A DNA stretch of 63,771 bases, the filler included, from Candidatus Nanoarchaeia archaeon (lineage in GTDB: Archaea; Nanobdellota; Nanobdellia; Woesearchaeales; DATDTY01), in NCBI GenBank assembly GCA_035290625.1. It is 4 parts of 4 records of this genome, joined end to end, with 100 filler letters (N's around TTAATTAATTAA, not from the genome) between each part and the next. Parts side by side here need not be neighbours in the genome. Positions count along the whole stretch, not along the records: positions 42,704 to 63,771 come from DATDTY010000081.1; 3 more parts are not named here. One strand, written 5' to 3'. Under the pieces are notes generated by a model. That model was not told the DNA's origin and did no database searches. It was given only the letters and a program-made list of their open reading frames with translations. Below are positions 49,001 through 57,822 of the stretch, one piece after another (position 1 is the first letter of the stretch; the number at the start of each line of letters is the position of its first letter). The position numbers were made by a program, and so were the translations under genes.

Positions 49001-50060
49001 GACTTCAACAAATCTCCTGATAAGCAACGTGGATGCAAAGGTGGACAGCAAGAGAAGCAGCAACCTGGCAGATGGAGACAGTATCAGGAGAGACGCAGAG
49101 CCTGAGTCCAAAGTAAAATTCGAGATTGAGCTTGAGAACACAGGAAACACAGAGATGCAGGACGCAGCAGCAACCATAATCCTTGAAGGCATCGATGATG
49201 GAGATGATGATGAGGAAGACACAGATTCCTTTAACCTCCAGCCAGGCAGGAAGAGGAGCGAGAGCGTTTCCTTTACCATTCCGCTTGTCGTTGATGAAGA
49301 CACCTACAGGGTTATCATCCGGGCAGAGGGCACAGAGGCGAATGGCACTCTTGCAGAAGACGAGATAGAACTTTTCCTTGACGTCAACAAGAACAAGCAT
49401 TCCCTCCAGATCAGGAATGCTGAAGCAAACCCCAATCCAGCAATCTGCGAGAAGGATGTTGAGCTCAGATTCCAGGTCATGAACCTTGGAGAGGATGATG
49501 AAGACGAGGTGAGCATTAAGGCAAGCAGCCCAGGCCTTGGATTCTTAAGGACTGAAACAGACATCTCGCTGGATGCAAACCAGGATGAGGAGAGCAGGCT
49601 CAACAGGGCCTATACCATCCCAGTCCAGGATATAGCGCCAGGATCCTATCCTATAACGATTACAAGCTTCTATGACAGCAAAGAGGAGTCCCAAAAAACC
49701 GTCCAGCTGGAGAAGGTAGAATGCGAATTCGAGCCGCTTCCAGTGAGGCCTAGCCAGCAGAGGCTTGAGCCTGTCCAGGTGATACGGACAACCACAGGCC
49801 TCCCTCCTTTGCAGACCCTGCCGGCAGCCCAGAGGCTGCAGCCAGCGGCGCAGACTAAAGCCCAGGCTCCTACAACGCAACAGCCAGGGGCCCAGCCTTC
49901 CCAGGAAAAGCCTTCAATTACAACAGTCCCGCAGCCTATCCAGGTAGATGGTTCACTGATACTAACCTTTATGATTATTGGCTTGATCGTCCTTGGAGGC
50001 CTTGCGATTTACGGTATAGGCTATCTGATTATCAAAGCTCCAAGAAGGCCGCTGTACTGA
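43092..50060 (+). CDS. Giant cell-surface glycoprotein (Ig-like repeats, lamin-tail domain, C-terminal anchor)
   Basis: Signal peptide; repeated DxAGN/DNTxP Ig units; VVISEV..EWIELYN; dense N-x-S/T; P/Q linker and terminal TM. Confidence 0.92.
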   Translation: MRQNVFKTLVSIISMIAILSFSASAWTVQLSSPQNGTNVSNNNVLFTFNTSTDAPDTLNFTLMANFTGVWLGNNTNFTNIAFPVGSTRSIGVMIPDGNYIWNINATNFSDAIDYNFSAGNFSFAMDNRPPSVSFLDPLSLANVSRTINLTIAGTDPTTGIQSLRVQNGTNGNWIPLSLSAGTKNDGNWSVLFDTASVADGSLNLRLNATDYAGNSNSSEAITITIDNTHPKIFKYNGNVVSNAIVKGNISLNVTANDTLTGIQKLNFTITDNSGERLLLAERRNDFWNASIDATTLTDGVHNVTAQAYDHAGNGPLNRVVISEVAFNGLGSDSALGNEWIELYNPTSQPVTLSNWTIDPQAAGSTNFDIANAVIPPYSAMTFSENTTWFTANFGFPPDNSDDGFGTLRDAGDTIYLKNASGGIVDSVVYGDASITGVTANDGETIIRNPVSGDTDSESDWSSNNTATPGQAANPSHITVTVDNTPPKVAAFNGAVINNADLRSGTYTINATVTDATTAANAVYFAIMNSSGSQFQTITASNEAGSFWNASFDTTTLADGTYNITAYANDSLGNLNNTERITVDIDSTPPSLSVVTPLNNSFLMSTTPEIGFNITDSLSGVNTSSISFKYRFSLLPPQFDISNVAITPIPNGFYVNGTITDFGSQGVINITVNAKDNATNAIQQFSWSFTISFNAPSIPSVTINDTDNLVRSSDTLNITLNVSSEFAPIAAVNISNATAIQLTNISTGIWAANFTPNNLSCSADGACAVHITVIDAAGNINSSESFSLTIDNTLPSVTNLLISDIDNITRSQDVVTFNVTVTDAHFSSGKVTLGNASLLTLRNNTPTVWNITTPVSSFDCTQTDGPCILTLAVEDDAGNINRSERIAWQIDDAAPRVFNITTNDSNNIVKSTETINISVNITDTNAITNVSLNGTLLSKSGNRFSTVNSTSQFCPGVTNGFCQLTFNATDIAGNLNSSETLTFIVDETSPSVAALSTSDSDNIVAPTTVITLTANVSDSNGIASVFFNDTIPMLPASGNLYTLQNTTSYFCPGISDGACKLNFTAIDYAGNRNSTQTLTLTVDNSAPASPNFTQTPSIVTNSDNVTLNITWTDVNGIASVLIEHNATGNFTNATVTNVSNVYSATIPSSLIDNHETIAWRSTARDNAGTTTTTSLMFFTVTNRAPNSSSILPIAWQEETTTSINLSIYFADSDGDSLIFSITNPPERINAAINGQIVTLTAPSNFFGLDYIVFNATDSFLSNLSNNVTLNVTDINDAPVVSAVSDIALQEDTSNTTLNLSSLVNDSDTPKSSITWSATIINNPNISVLINQSTKIANISSSNNFTGTAKLFFTANDGAASADTNLITVNVTPINDPPTATLLLSPGLNALVGPNVSLTWSPASDIDGVVSYLVVLNAYPNPNTTAAQTTSAAADITSLADQTYYWRVISTDGSLNTTSETRNFTVRLNTPPNITSVYPSTNPTIAENQTQRFNASFNDRENNIMTANWFVDNVIQSAGASSDLQLNHSFFNYVPAFNESGQRTVRFTVIDQFSQTTNYTWTITVSNSNRAPLFTHSLSGPDAREDLPYIFDINCTDPDNDSVTFATTAPGFSISGGNLTFIPGNNNVGTASANITCSDGSLSTLGTVSFLVINTNDAPNITSFSPSAQKIILNTLQSQAFSITSIDSDVGDTAGLATTWLVNNATQGTGSTFSFGPTSLAGDYSITARVRDNSNAEASRGWNLTVSVVPRSENISGSILNLTPQQAQAAANITIEKPSQGTIDFRNNILNLTNLAALDEVVKIEPGIIAIDTDRAPQLNRSAHIIMRGLSFTSTPAIYYNRGFNLGLNDSNTQRCPDSLCSNITYQAGTLEFDVAHFTTFLTGSEDQPPQFTTSPPTTAIINTTVVYDANAADPENAAVAYQLLQAPEGMSLNNATGLITWNAASLGRFDVVLQASDGSLASTQSFTIRVRTSTNLLISNVDAKVDSKRSSNLADGDSIRRDAEPESKVKFEIELENTGNTEMQDAAATIILEGIDDGDDDEEDTDSFNLQPGRKRSESVSFTIPLVVDEDTYRVIIRAEGTEANGTLAEDEIELFLDVNKNKHSLQIRNAEANPNPAICEKDVELRFQVMNLGEDDEDEVSIKASSPGLGFLRTETDISLDANQDEESRLNRAYTIPVQDIAPGSYPITITSFYDSKEESQKTVQLEKVECEFEPLPVRPSQQRLEPVQVIRTTTGLPPLQTLPAAQRLQPAAQTKAQAPTTQQPGAQPSQEKPSITTVPQPIQVDGSLILTFMIIGLIVLGGLAIYGIGYLIIKAPRRPLY

Positions 50061-50132
50061 TAAATCCTATCAGTTGTCTGGTTCTGTAAGCCGATGTAAA
50101 ACTATTTAAACAATGTTTGACAAAAGAGAGGA

Positions 50133-51959
50133 ATGCGATCCTTTCCAGAGCTTCTCTCGGCATACCGGTCCTTTCCTGATCCGGTCTATCTGCTCTCAGA
50201 ATACATCAGCTCCAAGAAGGCATGGCTTCGGGTCTCTGACATCAATAGGCAGATTGCGCCCTGGGTGAACCTCATACGAGAGATCATCAATTCAGCCCAG
50301 GCGTATGAGCAGCAGCTCGTGCAAAGGCTTTCCAAGGATATCCAGGAGGTTGAACAGAGCCTCTCCAGCCTCCACACGCTCAAGCCATTTGAGTCAGATT
50401 CTGACTTGCATGCAGCCTTTGCCGAAGCAGCTGCAGCTGTGGAAAAGCGCTTGGAAAGGATACGGCGTGAGATGGGCGGCAGAAAAGGGCTCATGGAGCC
50501 TGTTGACCTGAGCAAGAATTCCGTATCATCAAGCATGGATCAGGCCAAGCTCTGGCTGCAGGCTGAACTGCAAAAAAACAGGCTTTTCTCATTTCGGAGG
50601 AGGGGGCATCTCAGAGCCCAGATGATAAGCTATCTCACCCAGTTTTGCAGCCGGATTGAGAAAGAAGTGCTATTTGAGAAAGAGATAGCAGAATATCTGG
50701 CAGATATCCACAAAAAGATAAAGCTGCTCCGTGAGCTTTTCGAAAAGGCAGATATACAAGGCACAGAGAGCATGCCCGGGATATTACGGAAGGAAGAGCT
50801 GGCTATTGAGGCTCTCCTGCAGATCGAGAGAACCTATGAGTCATCAGCTGATCAGAGGATCCTTGCTCTCAAGCAGCATCTCGAAGCTGAAAGGCAGAAA
50901 TCCCTGCAGCTCAGTATGATCACAGGATACAAGCATGCGCCTTACAATCTGCACTCCCTTGTTTTTGTGCATATGACCCGTTATTTTCCAACCAAAGGCA
51001 TATTATGGACAAGAGTCTCCGGTGACTCAGGATTGAGGGATACGCTTCATTTCTCCATCAACGGTCCTGTCGGAAATGTCGACGTGGCTAACTGGGAGAA
51101 CGCACCAATTGCAGTCCTCATCCCGGGATCGGTGTTTCCTCTCAAGAGGATCAGAAACCTTGCGCGGTTTGACACCTTCATCTTTGGAAATCTTAAGATT
51201 CCTGCAGGCTCTGTAATCCTCACAACAAAGCATATTGTGGCTGAGGCTGCCAGCCATGAAAACGTGCCTGTAAGCGCATTTGCATACGCCTTTGAAAAAA
51301 ATGGCATCCTCGTTAAGGCTGAAGAGGATAACGTGAGCATTTACAGTGCGGTGCAGAAGCTGCTGGAAAACGCTGGGAGAGGGGGAATGCCGGTATACGA
51401 AGCCAGCAATGAGGAGGATACTTGGAAGCTGGCTGCTCAGCTAGGAGTGAGTTCAATCCGCCATGTGCAAACACAGGAACATGAGTATGAAGATATAAGA
51501 AGGGCCATGGATACTCTCCAAATTTTTCTCAGAAAAAAAGGAAACTGGAAGGATGGAACCTTTGACGGCAACGAAGACTTTAAGGCCGGGAATTGGGTGA
51601 GTTACGAAAGGTATTTTTCTGTGCCACCCCACGCCCTCAATTGGATGGAAACAAATTGCGGAGATCCGCTCTATCGAAGAGTCTGCAGCCTGATGCTCCA
51701 GATGCTGACAGACACATTAAAGCTGCTCGAATTTGCAGTTGGGACGATACGATTGTGCATCGAGAAGGGTCCGATAAGCCTGGATAAGAAAAGAATGTTT
51801 GTGGATGTGCTCGGTGCAGTGTATGAAGGAGTTTCCCAAGCAAAGGTTGGGTATGCTCTCTACGCATTTTCTCCAAATGCAGCGAAAAATGTTGATGAAT
51901 TAATTGAGAAAATCAAGCGGCATTTTGAGATATGCCGTGAGCATCTAAACAGACGGTAG
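50133..51959 (+). CDS. Hypothetical protein (helical N-terminus, globular centre)
   Basis: 608-aa ORF after a TTTAAA box; central VHMTRYFP..RDTLHFSINGPV block. Confidence 0.75.
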   Translation: MRSFPELLSAYRSFPDPVYLLSEYISSKKAWLRVSDINRQIAPWVNLIREIINSAQAYEQQLVQRLSKDIQEVEQSLSSLHTLKPFESDSDLHAAFAEAAAAVEKRLERIRREMGGRKGLMEPVDLSKNSVSSSMDQAKLWLQAELQKNRLFSFRRRGHLRAQMISYLTQFCSRIEKEVLFEKEIAEYLADIHKKIKLLRELFEKADIQGTESMPGILRKEELAIEALLQIERTYESSADQRILALKQHLEAERQKSLQLSMITGYKHAPYNLHSLVFVHMTRYFPTKGILWTRVSGDSGLRDTLHFSINGPVGNVDVANWENAPIAVLIPGSVFPLKRIRNLARFDTFIFGNLKIPAGSVILTTKHIVAEAASHENVPVSAFAYAFEKNGILVKAEEDNVSIYSAVQKLLENAGRGGMPVYEASNEEDTWKLAAQLGVSSIRHVQTQEHEYEDIRRAMDTLQIFLRKKGNWKDGTFDGNEDFKAGNWVSYERYFSVPPHALNWMETNCGDPLYRRVCSLMLQMLTDTLKLLEFAVGTIRLCIEKGPISLDKKRMFVDVLGAVYEGVSQAKVGYALYAFSPNAAKNVDELIEKIKRHFEICREHLNRR

Positions 51960-52011
51960 GGAAGTCATCTTATGCCAATACATTTTAAAAGCCAGCCATC
52001 TTCAAATCCCC

Positions 52012-53217
52012 ATGACTCCTCTTAGAACCCTCCAGGAAGGCTCTGCATCCCTCCTTGTCCCAAAAGCAGAAAAGATATCCAGGAAGATGCAAGTATTCTA
52101 CAATCCGGTCATGAAGCTGAACCGGGACATCACGATTCTGCTGCTGAAGCAATTTCCTCCTCTCCATCTCTGTGATCCCTTGGCAGGCACGGGAGTAAGG
52201 TCTATCCGCTTTGCTCAGGAGCTGCAATACAAGTCAATTACAGCAAATGATATCGGAGAGAGTGCATTTCAACTCATAAAGAAAAATATGAATCTCAACA
52301 ATGTAAGCTTTAGTGTGGAGAATAAAGACGCAGCTCTTCTCTTACTGCAATCTAAAGGCTTTGACTACATCGATCTTGATGTTTTTGGCTCTCCAAACTT
52401 CCTTCTGGATTCGTCAATCAAAAGGCTTTCAAGAACAGGCATACTTGCCGTAACTGCAACAGACACAGCTCCGTTGGCAGGCACGTATCCAAAAGCATGC
52501 ATGAGGAAGTATTGGGCTGTTCCAAAAAAAGATTCAAATATGCATGAAACCGGCATCAGGATCCTGATCAGGAAGGCCCAGCTTATCGGAGCGCAATATG
52601 ACAAGGCATTACTTCCCATTTTCTCCTATTTCAAAGACCACTATTACCGTGTGTTCTTCAGGGTTGAGAAAGCAAAAAAAGAAGTTGATCTTCTTCTGAA
52701 GCAGCACGGCATGCATGGAGCAGCAGGCCCGCTCTGGCTTGGAAATCTTTGGGATTCAAGGCTCACAGCGAAGATGGCCAAAACCGTATTAAAAGAAATC
52801 GAGAAAGACATTAAAAATGCCCAATTGAACAAAAAATTAAAAATAAATAAAAAAGAAACAACCAATGATATATCAGTACGTAAAGATAAAGAACGTGGAA
52901 ATGAGCTATTAATAAACAATGATAGTATTGAAAGCAAAAATATCCTTCCAAACCATAAAAAAGATAAAAATGGGATCCTCGGGCTGCTAAAATGCATCAG
53001 CAATGAATCAAAAATACAGGCAGTCGGCTTCCATCACCTTCCTTCAATCTGCAGGAAATACAAGCTGAGCATCCCAAAAAGAGAAATTCTCTTAAAAGAA
53101 TTAAACAAGAGCCATAAAGCCGCAGAGACTCATTTCACTCCAGAAGGCATCAGAAGCAGCCATACGGAGGAGGAGATAAAGAACTTTATAAGACGGAGGC
53201 CTCAGAGAAATATGTAA
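52012..53217 (+). CDS. trm1: tRNA (guanine-26-N2)-dimethyltransferase
   Basis: VFYNPVMKLNRD, LAGTGVRSIR, FDYIDLD, VTATD, HETGIRILI, GPLWLG, THF. Confidence 0.93.
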   Translation: MTPLRTLQEGSASLLVPKAEKISRKMQVFYNPVMKLNRDITILLLKQFPPLHLCDPLAGTGVRSIRFAQELQYKSITANDIGESAFQLIKKNMNLNNVSFSVENKDAALLLLQSKGFDYIDLDVFGSPNFLLDSSIKRLSRTGILAVTATDTAPLAGTYPKACMRKYWAVPKKDSNMHETGIRILIRKAQLIGAQYDKALLPIFSYFKDHYYRVFFRVEKAKKEVDLLLKQHGMHGAAGPLWLGNLWDSRLTAKMAKTVLKEIEKDIKNAQLNKKLKINKKETTNDISVRKDKERGNELLINNDSIESKNILPNHKKDKNGILGLLKCISNESKIQAVGFHHLPSICRKYKLSIPKREILLKELNKSHKAAETHFTPEGIRSSHTEEEIKNFIRRRPQRNM

Positions 53218-53252
53218 CCATCTTTATATAGGTGGTACATATAAGGGCAGAC

Positions 53253-54881
53253 ATGAACAAGCTGATTATGGTTTTAGGTATATTTGTTATAATCCTTCCC
53301 ATAATCTCTGGTCAAATAGCTGAATGTGATGATCAGGAAAAAGGGTGGCAGATTCAGAAATGTTATAGTGACAAAGCAATTGAACTTAACAAAAGAGAAT
53401 TATGTGATTTCGCAGGAGACTATAAAGGAACCTGTTATTATAAACTTGCAGTAGACGAATCCAATCCTAACGTGTGTGAATCAGCAGAAGGATTCAAAAG
53501 GACTTGCTATAACGAATTGGCTCTTACTCTTAGAGATGAAAAGCTATGCGAACAGGCCGGCTCCCTTGAACAAGAGTGTTATTTTGAACTTGCAATGGAT
53601 TTGCAAGAGGGGTCTTTATGCGAGAAAACAAAGGGGGATGAATGCTGGATTCAACTGGCTATTCTAACAAAGAACGAATCCTTATGTTCTGTTCCAAAAA
53701 ATACGGAAGAATGCTTTTGGAGGCTGTATGAATCTACGGGTGATAAAGGGCTTTGCCAGTTCTTAGATGCAAAGAGAGAGGAATGTTTATGTAAGAATGA
53801 TGAGTACTTGAATGCAGACACGTGTGTAAGATTAGAGTGTAAGAAAAAAGAAACGGCGCAGAACCACCAATGTGTAGAAATTCAAGAGTCTAATGATTAC
53901 ATATGCGTTTTAGAGTGGAATTCCAGAATAACTGGTGAACCCATTGAGAGGTGGTGCGGGTCAGTTACTATAACCGAATATATCGGATCACTTCTTGTGG
54001 TTATTGCCGGAATTGCATTATTATCTGCGGTGACAGAGACTGGAAAGTCCAGTAGGGGGTATAAGAGGCTCAAGGAAAGGTTCGTAAGAAGCCAACTTCT
54101 GTATCAGGCTGCGCGCGCAGTTTTTTTAAACGGATTAATTGCTAGCCTCCTCGTCAGCATTTTAATGATATATGCCATGTCCCGATCTCCATATTATGGA
54201 ATCTATGTTTGGGGAGAGTATGGTGGATCTTTTATTCGGGGTTTTTTCATAATCTTTTTGACTGGGCTCATTGTCTTCGCTTTGAACAAACTGATTAAGA
54301 ATAAGTATGTAAAATCGTCAGGTATAGGTGCAATTACAGGTATTGCTTTTGGTTTTTTCTATCTTTTATTTATGACGGTATATCCTTTAGAGGATCTATT
54401 CTTCTGGGTTGAGTTTATTTATTATCCTCTGTCCTCTTGGTTGTATTCATCAGGGCTTATTGAATGCGGGAAGGGTCACCCTGATTTGTGCGAGATTATC
54501 TATTACATACCGGTTTTTGTGAGTAATACGATGATAGGGATCATTTTAGGGTTAGGGGCAAGTTTCTTTTCAAAGATAGTGGATATAACGTCATGGAAAA
54601 ACAGGATCCCGGAGATGGTTAGGAGAACTATTCGCGAACTAACCTTGACCGTGCTGTTCTTTTACATAATAATCCGGATATCGAGCGTGTTAGGAATTCC
54701 TAATAGAATGTTAAATGTCTTTTTTGCAAACCTGGTGGCTCCTTTAATCTTATTAGATCTATCATATTTTGGTGAGCACCTAAAAGGGTGGCATATGCTA
54801 GTCATCTCTATGATATACGTTACGCTCTTATATTCATTATGGAAGGTTACTTCTTGGAAAATTAAAGAGAGACTGGGCTAA
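53253..54881 (+). CDS. Membrane protein with extracellular Cys-rich repeats
   Basis: Signal peptide; CYxxLAxxxxxxxLC repeats; multi-TM C-terminus. Confidence 0.8.
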   Translation: MNKLIMVLGIFVIILPIISGQIAECDDQEKGWQIQKCYSDKAIELNKRELCDFAGDYKGTCYYKLAVDESNPNVCESAEGFKRTCYNELALTLRDEKLCEQAGSLEQECYFELAMDLQEGSLCEKTKGDECWIQLAILTKNESLCSVPKNTEECFWRLYESTGDKGLCQFLDAKREECLCKNDEYLNADTCVRLECKKKETAQNHQCVEIQESNDYICVLEWNSRITGEPIERWCGSVTITEYIGSLLVVIAGIALLSAVTETGKSSRGYKRLKERFVRSQLLYQAARAVFLNGLIASLLVSILMIYAMSRSPYYGIYVWGEYGGSFIRGFFIIFLTGLIVFALNKLIKNKYVKSSGIGAITGIAFGFFYLLFMTVYPLEDLFFWVEFIYYPLSSWLYSSGLIECGKGHPDLCEIIYYIPVFVSNTMIGIILGLGASFFSKIVDITSWKNRIPEMVRRTIRELTLTVLFFYIIIRISSVLGIPNRMLNVFFANLVAPLILLDLSYFGEHLKGWHMLVISMIYVTLLYSLWKVTSWKIKERLG

Positions 54882-54972
54882 GAGTTTCGGGTAGAAGAGG
54901 GGAAATCAAAAAGTATCACGAGATTCATAATCTCTCCCTACGGCATATCTGAATATCAGGAGGATCGCCCTA

Positions 54973-55248
54973 TTACCCAATCGTCCTTCTCACATCAGTA
55001 ACTTCGCATGAGGATACTGTATCAAGCTCGGCAATTGACTTCTCAAGCTCCTCAGTTGAGCCGATGTTCTCATCCATTATAAACATGAGGATTAGAGCAA
55101 CAAGGCCAAATGCGATAGGCTCCTGAATGGTCTTTCCTACCTCTCCGCCAAACTCAGAAATAAGCCGCACAGCCCTGTCTTTAATTGCATCAAGATCCAC
55201 ATCAGTTGCACGGGGCATGATCTTCAGCGTTACAACAACCGTTGCCAT
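54973..55248 (-). CDS. ef1b: Elongation factor aEF-1 beta
   Basis: VVVTLKIMP, EPIAFGLVAL, VTDVRR. Confidence 0.93.
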   Translation of the reverse strand: MATVVVTLKIMPRATDVDLDAIKDRAVRLISEFGGEVGKTIQEPIAFGLVALILMFIMDENIGSTEELEKSIAELDTVSSCEVTDVRRTIG

Positions 55249-55249
55249 C

Positions 55250-55417
55250 TTAATTCGGCCCCGCAAAGCCGCAGGCATGGCAAAGGTACTGGGCTGCCAT
55301 GCTCCTGCAGTGCGTGCATCTGATAATCTTCGTCTTGCCGCATTCAGGGCATAAGAAGTGAGTAAATCCCTCATTCGAGGTCACTTTCTTTTTGCATGAG
55401 TTGCAAATCTCTTCCAT
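55250..55417 (-). CDS. Zn-ribbon protein, DUF1610/HVO_2753-like (not in ORF track)
   Basis: CNSC, FLCPECG, IIRCTHCR, YLCHACGFAGPN; usual position upstream of ef1b. Confidence 0.9.
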   Translation of the reverse strand: MEEICNSCKKKVTSNEGFTHFLCPECGKTKIIRCTHCRSMAAQYLCHACGFAGPN

Positions 55418-55497
55418 GCGTCAGGAGAGATAACCCCTCATTTATAAATGTTGTGAGGGCGTAAGTTCGCAGCAGATACCCCCTATGCTATAGGTAT

Positions 55498-55630
55498 AAT
55501 GTGCATTGGCTGGGCCCTTTGCGAGCCGGTTAAAGATAGATCATAGCAGCGACAAGAGGGTTGGCACCTTCGGAGAATGTCGCTACCCGTTCTAATAGCG
55601 CTCGGCGAGCCTGGCCTGCCAATGCACATT
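55498..55630 (+). repeat. Structured intergenic repeat, copy 14
   Basis: AATGTGCATTGGC/GCCAATGCACATT; GC-GA-GCCG/CGGC-GA-GC; AGCGACA/TGTCGCT. Confidence 0.88.
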
Positions 55631-55633
55631 CTC

Positions 55634-55813
55634 AGGTTGCCGCCGTGCTCAAAAATGCCCTGCATTTTTGGTCGCTCCTTCGGAGCAGCTCGGCTCTTTC
55701 TGTCTTTAGCGAAGAGCGGTCCAACCAAAACGCCCGAAGGTGTTTTGATTGGACCAACCCCTCCCGCTGTGGTTCCTTTACACTATTGAGCCTCGCGAAA
55801 ATGGCGGCAACCT
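55634..55813 (-). repeat. Structured intergenic repeat, copy 15 (tail-to-tail with copy 14)
   Basis: AGGTTGCCGCC/GGCGGCAACCT; AGCGG/CCGCT; central insert and GCTCC-GAA-GGAGC module. Confidence 0.88.
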
Positions 55814-55929
55814 TTGCGATGTATAGGAGAACCTTGCAAAGCCGTAATATCTCGTAACTCCTTAGAATTGCGATTACCATTCCAGAGATACAACAAAGCT
55901 TAATAAAGAAATAATCTGTAGGGCAATAT

Positions 55930-57822
55930 ATGGGGCTGGGAATAAGCGATAGGGAGCTAGATGCAATCCTTGGAGAGCCTCCAAAAACTCCGGCAGAGAA
56001 GATACCTCTTTCTCGGAGATCCCTCTCTTTGATCAGAAAGGCCAGGCCGGATGAACAGCTTCTTGAGAGGGAAGCAGAACTCAGGCAACGGGAGTCCAGC
56101 CTCAAGGAAAAAGAGGCAATGCTTCTTGAGAAAGAAACCGAGATCGAAAGGGCTGCAAGGCTGCAGGGAAAACAGGAAGCAGCAGAGCAGAAGAAGATTG
56201 AAGCGCTGCGTGCCTCAACAGCCAGGATGCTCGAGCAAAAAGATCAGGCCATCAAAGAGGCCGAAGATCTGGAAAACCGGCGCATAGAAAAGCTAAAGTC
56301 CGAGATCGCAAAGCTTCAGGATCAAAAAAATCAAGCTATCGGAGAGGCTGAGCAGCAGAAGCAAAAGCGGCTTGAGCAGCTTCAGCAAGCTATTGTCAGG
56401 ATTCAGGAGCAAAAAAGACTGATTGATGGAGAATTGGCTGGAAAGCGGGATCTTGTTAGGAAAGCCCTTCACAGAGAGAAGGAGCAGGCTGGCCTGGAAA
56501 AGCAGCAGGAGTTTCTTCAGGCAAAGGCCAAGCAGATTGTGGAGATGAAACAGAGCCTGGATACAAAGGAATCCACTCTTTACAGGCAAGAGAAGCTGCT
56601 GAAGAGCAGAGAAGGAAAGCTTGGCAGCATTGAAGCAGCTGAAAAGAGAACGGTGGAAGCCCTCAGGAGAGAGATTGCATCACTGGAACAGAGGAAAGGG
56701 GAGTTTTTTGGAGTAAAGAGGGATATTTCGAGAGACAAGGCAAGCCTTGCTGAGAAAGAGGAAGAGATTCTGGACACTGTGAAAAGGCTTGAGAAGGACC
56801 GAAGGCTTCTTACAGAAAAAGAAAAGGAAATCATCGGGAAAGTCAATGAGCTGGAGGAGAACCGGCAGATCCTCATGAAAGAAGAGCAAAAGGCGAAGGC
56901 AAAGCTTACAGAGCTGCTCCAGAGAGGGCGCACACTTGAATCCCATGCGAAAATCGTGATGCAAAGCAAGATTGCAATTGAGGAAATGATTCCCCAAGCC
57001 CAGAGCAAGATAGAATCCTTGGCAGAAGAATGGGAGGCAGCGAAGCGAAGCATTAAGGAAGACCTTGCCTACCTCTCAAAAATAAGAAAAGGGCTGCCCT
57101 CATTCCTGCAGCAGTTCAGGGAGGAGCAGAAGAGAGAGAAAGCCAGGATTCAGACATTGGAAAGCGCTTCCAAATCCATCAGCATTGAACGGAAGGGGCT
57201 CGAAGACCAGGAGAACTCCATTGCAAAAAAATTGGCAGAGCTCCGTCAAATCAGAAATGAGCAGCGCGACAAAGAGCGGGAGCTCAGCAGCAGGGAGGAA
57301 AAGATCAGAAGGGCCCAGGAGCTTAAGGAAAATATAGGGAAACTTGTCCTGGAGCACAAGCGGGCCCAGATGAGTGTTGAAGAAGAGACCGAGAAGCTGA
57401 AGAAGATCACTGCAGAAAGCATGGCCAAGATGGGCCTGATCAAAGACCGGGAGATTGAGCTGATGAAGCGGGCAGCCAGGCTTCAGAGAAAGGAAGACTT
57501 TCTTGTGCAGAAAGAGGCAGATCTCCGCCAGCAGAAGATTCATACGCTGCATGAGGAGTTCCAAGCCATCAAAAATGAGCCTGATATCAGCTTTGAGATC
57601 GAAAAGATCCATACAGAGTATCCTCAGCATCCAAGGGTGATGGAGATGCTTCGGACTGCGCGGGGGCTGATTCGAGACGGAAGGATAGACCAGGCAAAGC
57701 AGCAGATACGGGCAATCGAGGACCTGCAGGCAACCCTGAAGCCTGAGGACAAGGCAAGGCAGAAGATTACGTATGATGTTCTGGAGCTCAAGACTGAGAT
57801 GAAGCTGGCGATGCTGCAGTAA
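55930..57822 (+). CDS. Long coiled-coil protein
   Basis: E/K/Q/R heptads over most of the length; helical C-terminal domain. Confidence 0.85.
   Translation: MGLGISDRELDAILGEPPKTPAEKIPLSRRSLSLIRKARPDEQLLEREAELRQRESSLKEKEAMLLEKETEIERAARLQGKQEAAEQKKIEALRASTARMLEQKDQAIKEAEDLENRRIEKLKSEIAKLQDQKNQAIGEAEQQKQKRLEQLQQAIVRIQEQKRLIDGELAGKRDLVRKALHREKEQAGLEKQQEFLQAKAKQIVEMKQSLDTKESTLYRQEKLLKSREGKLGSIEAAEKRTVEALRREIASLEQRKGEFFGVKRDISRDKASLAEKEEEILDTVKRLEKDRRLLTEKEKEIIGKVNELEENRQILMKEEQKAKAKLTELLQRGRTLESHAKIVMQSKIAIEEMIPQAQSKIESLAEEWEAAKRSIKEDLAYLSKIRKGLPSFLQQFREEQKREKARIQTLESASKSISIERKGLEDQENSIAKKLAELRQIRNEQRDKERELSSREEKIRRAQELKENIGKLVLEHKRAQMSVEEETEKLKKITAESMAKMGLIKDREIELMKRAARLQRKEDFLVQKEADLRQQKIHTLHEEFQAIKNEPDISFEIEKIHTEYPQHPRVMEMLRTARGLIRDGRIDQAKQQIRAIEDLQATLKPEDKARQKITYDVLELKTEMKLAMLQ

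Noticed and set aside
55930..57822. SMC/Rad50 ATPase
   Set aside because: No Walker A/B or hinge/hook motif; coiled coil only.
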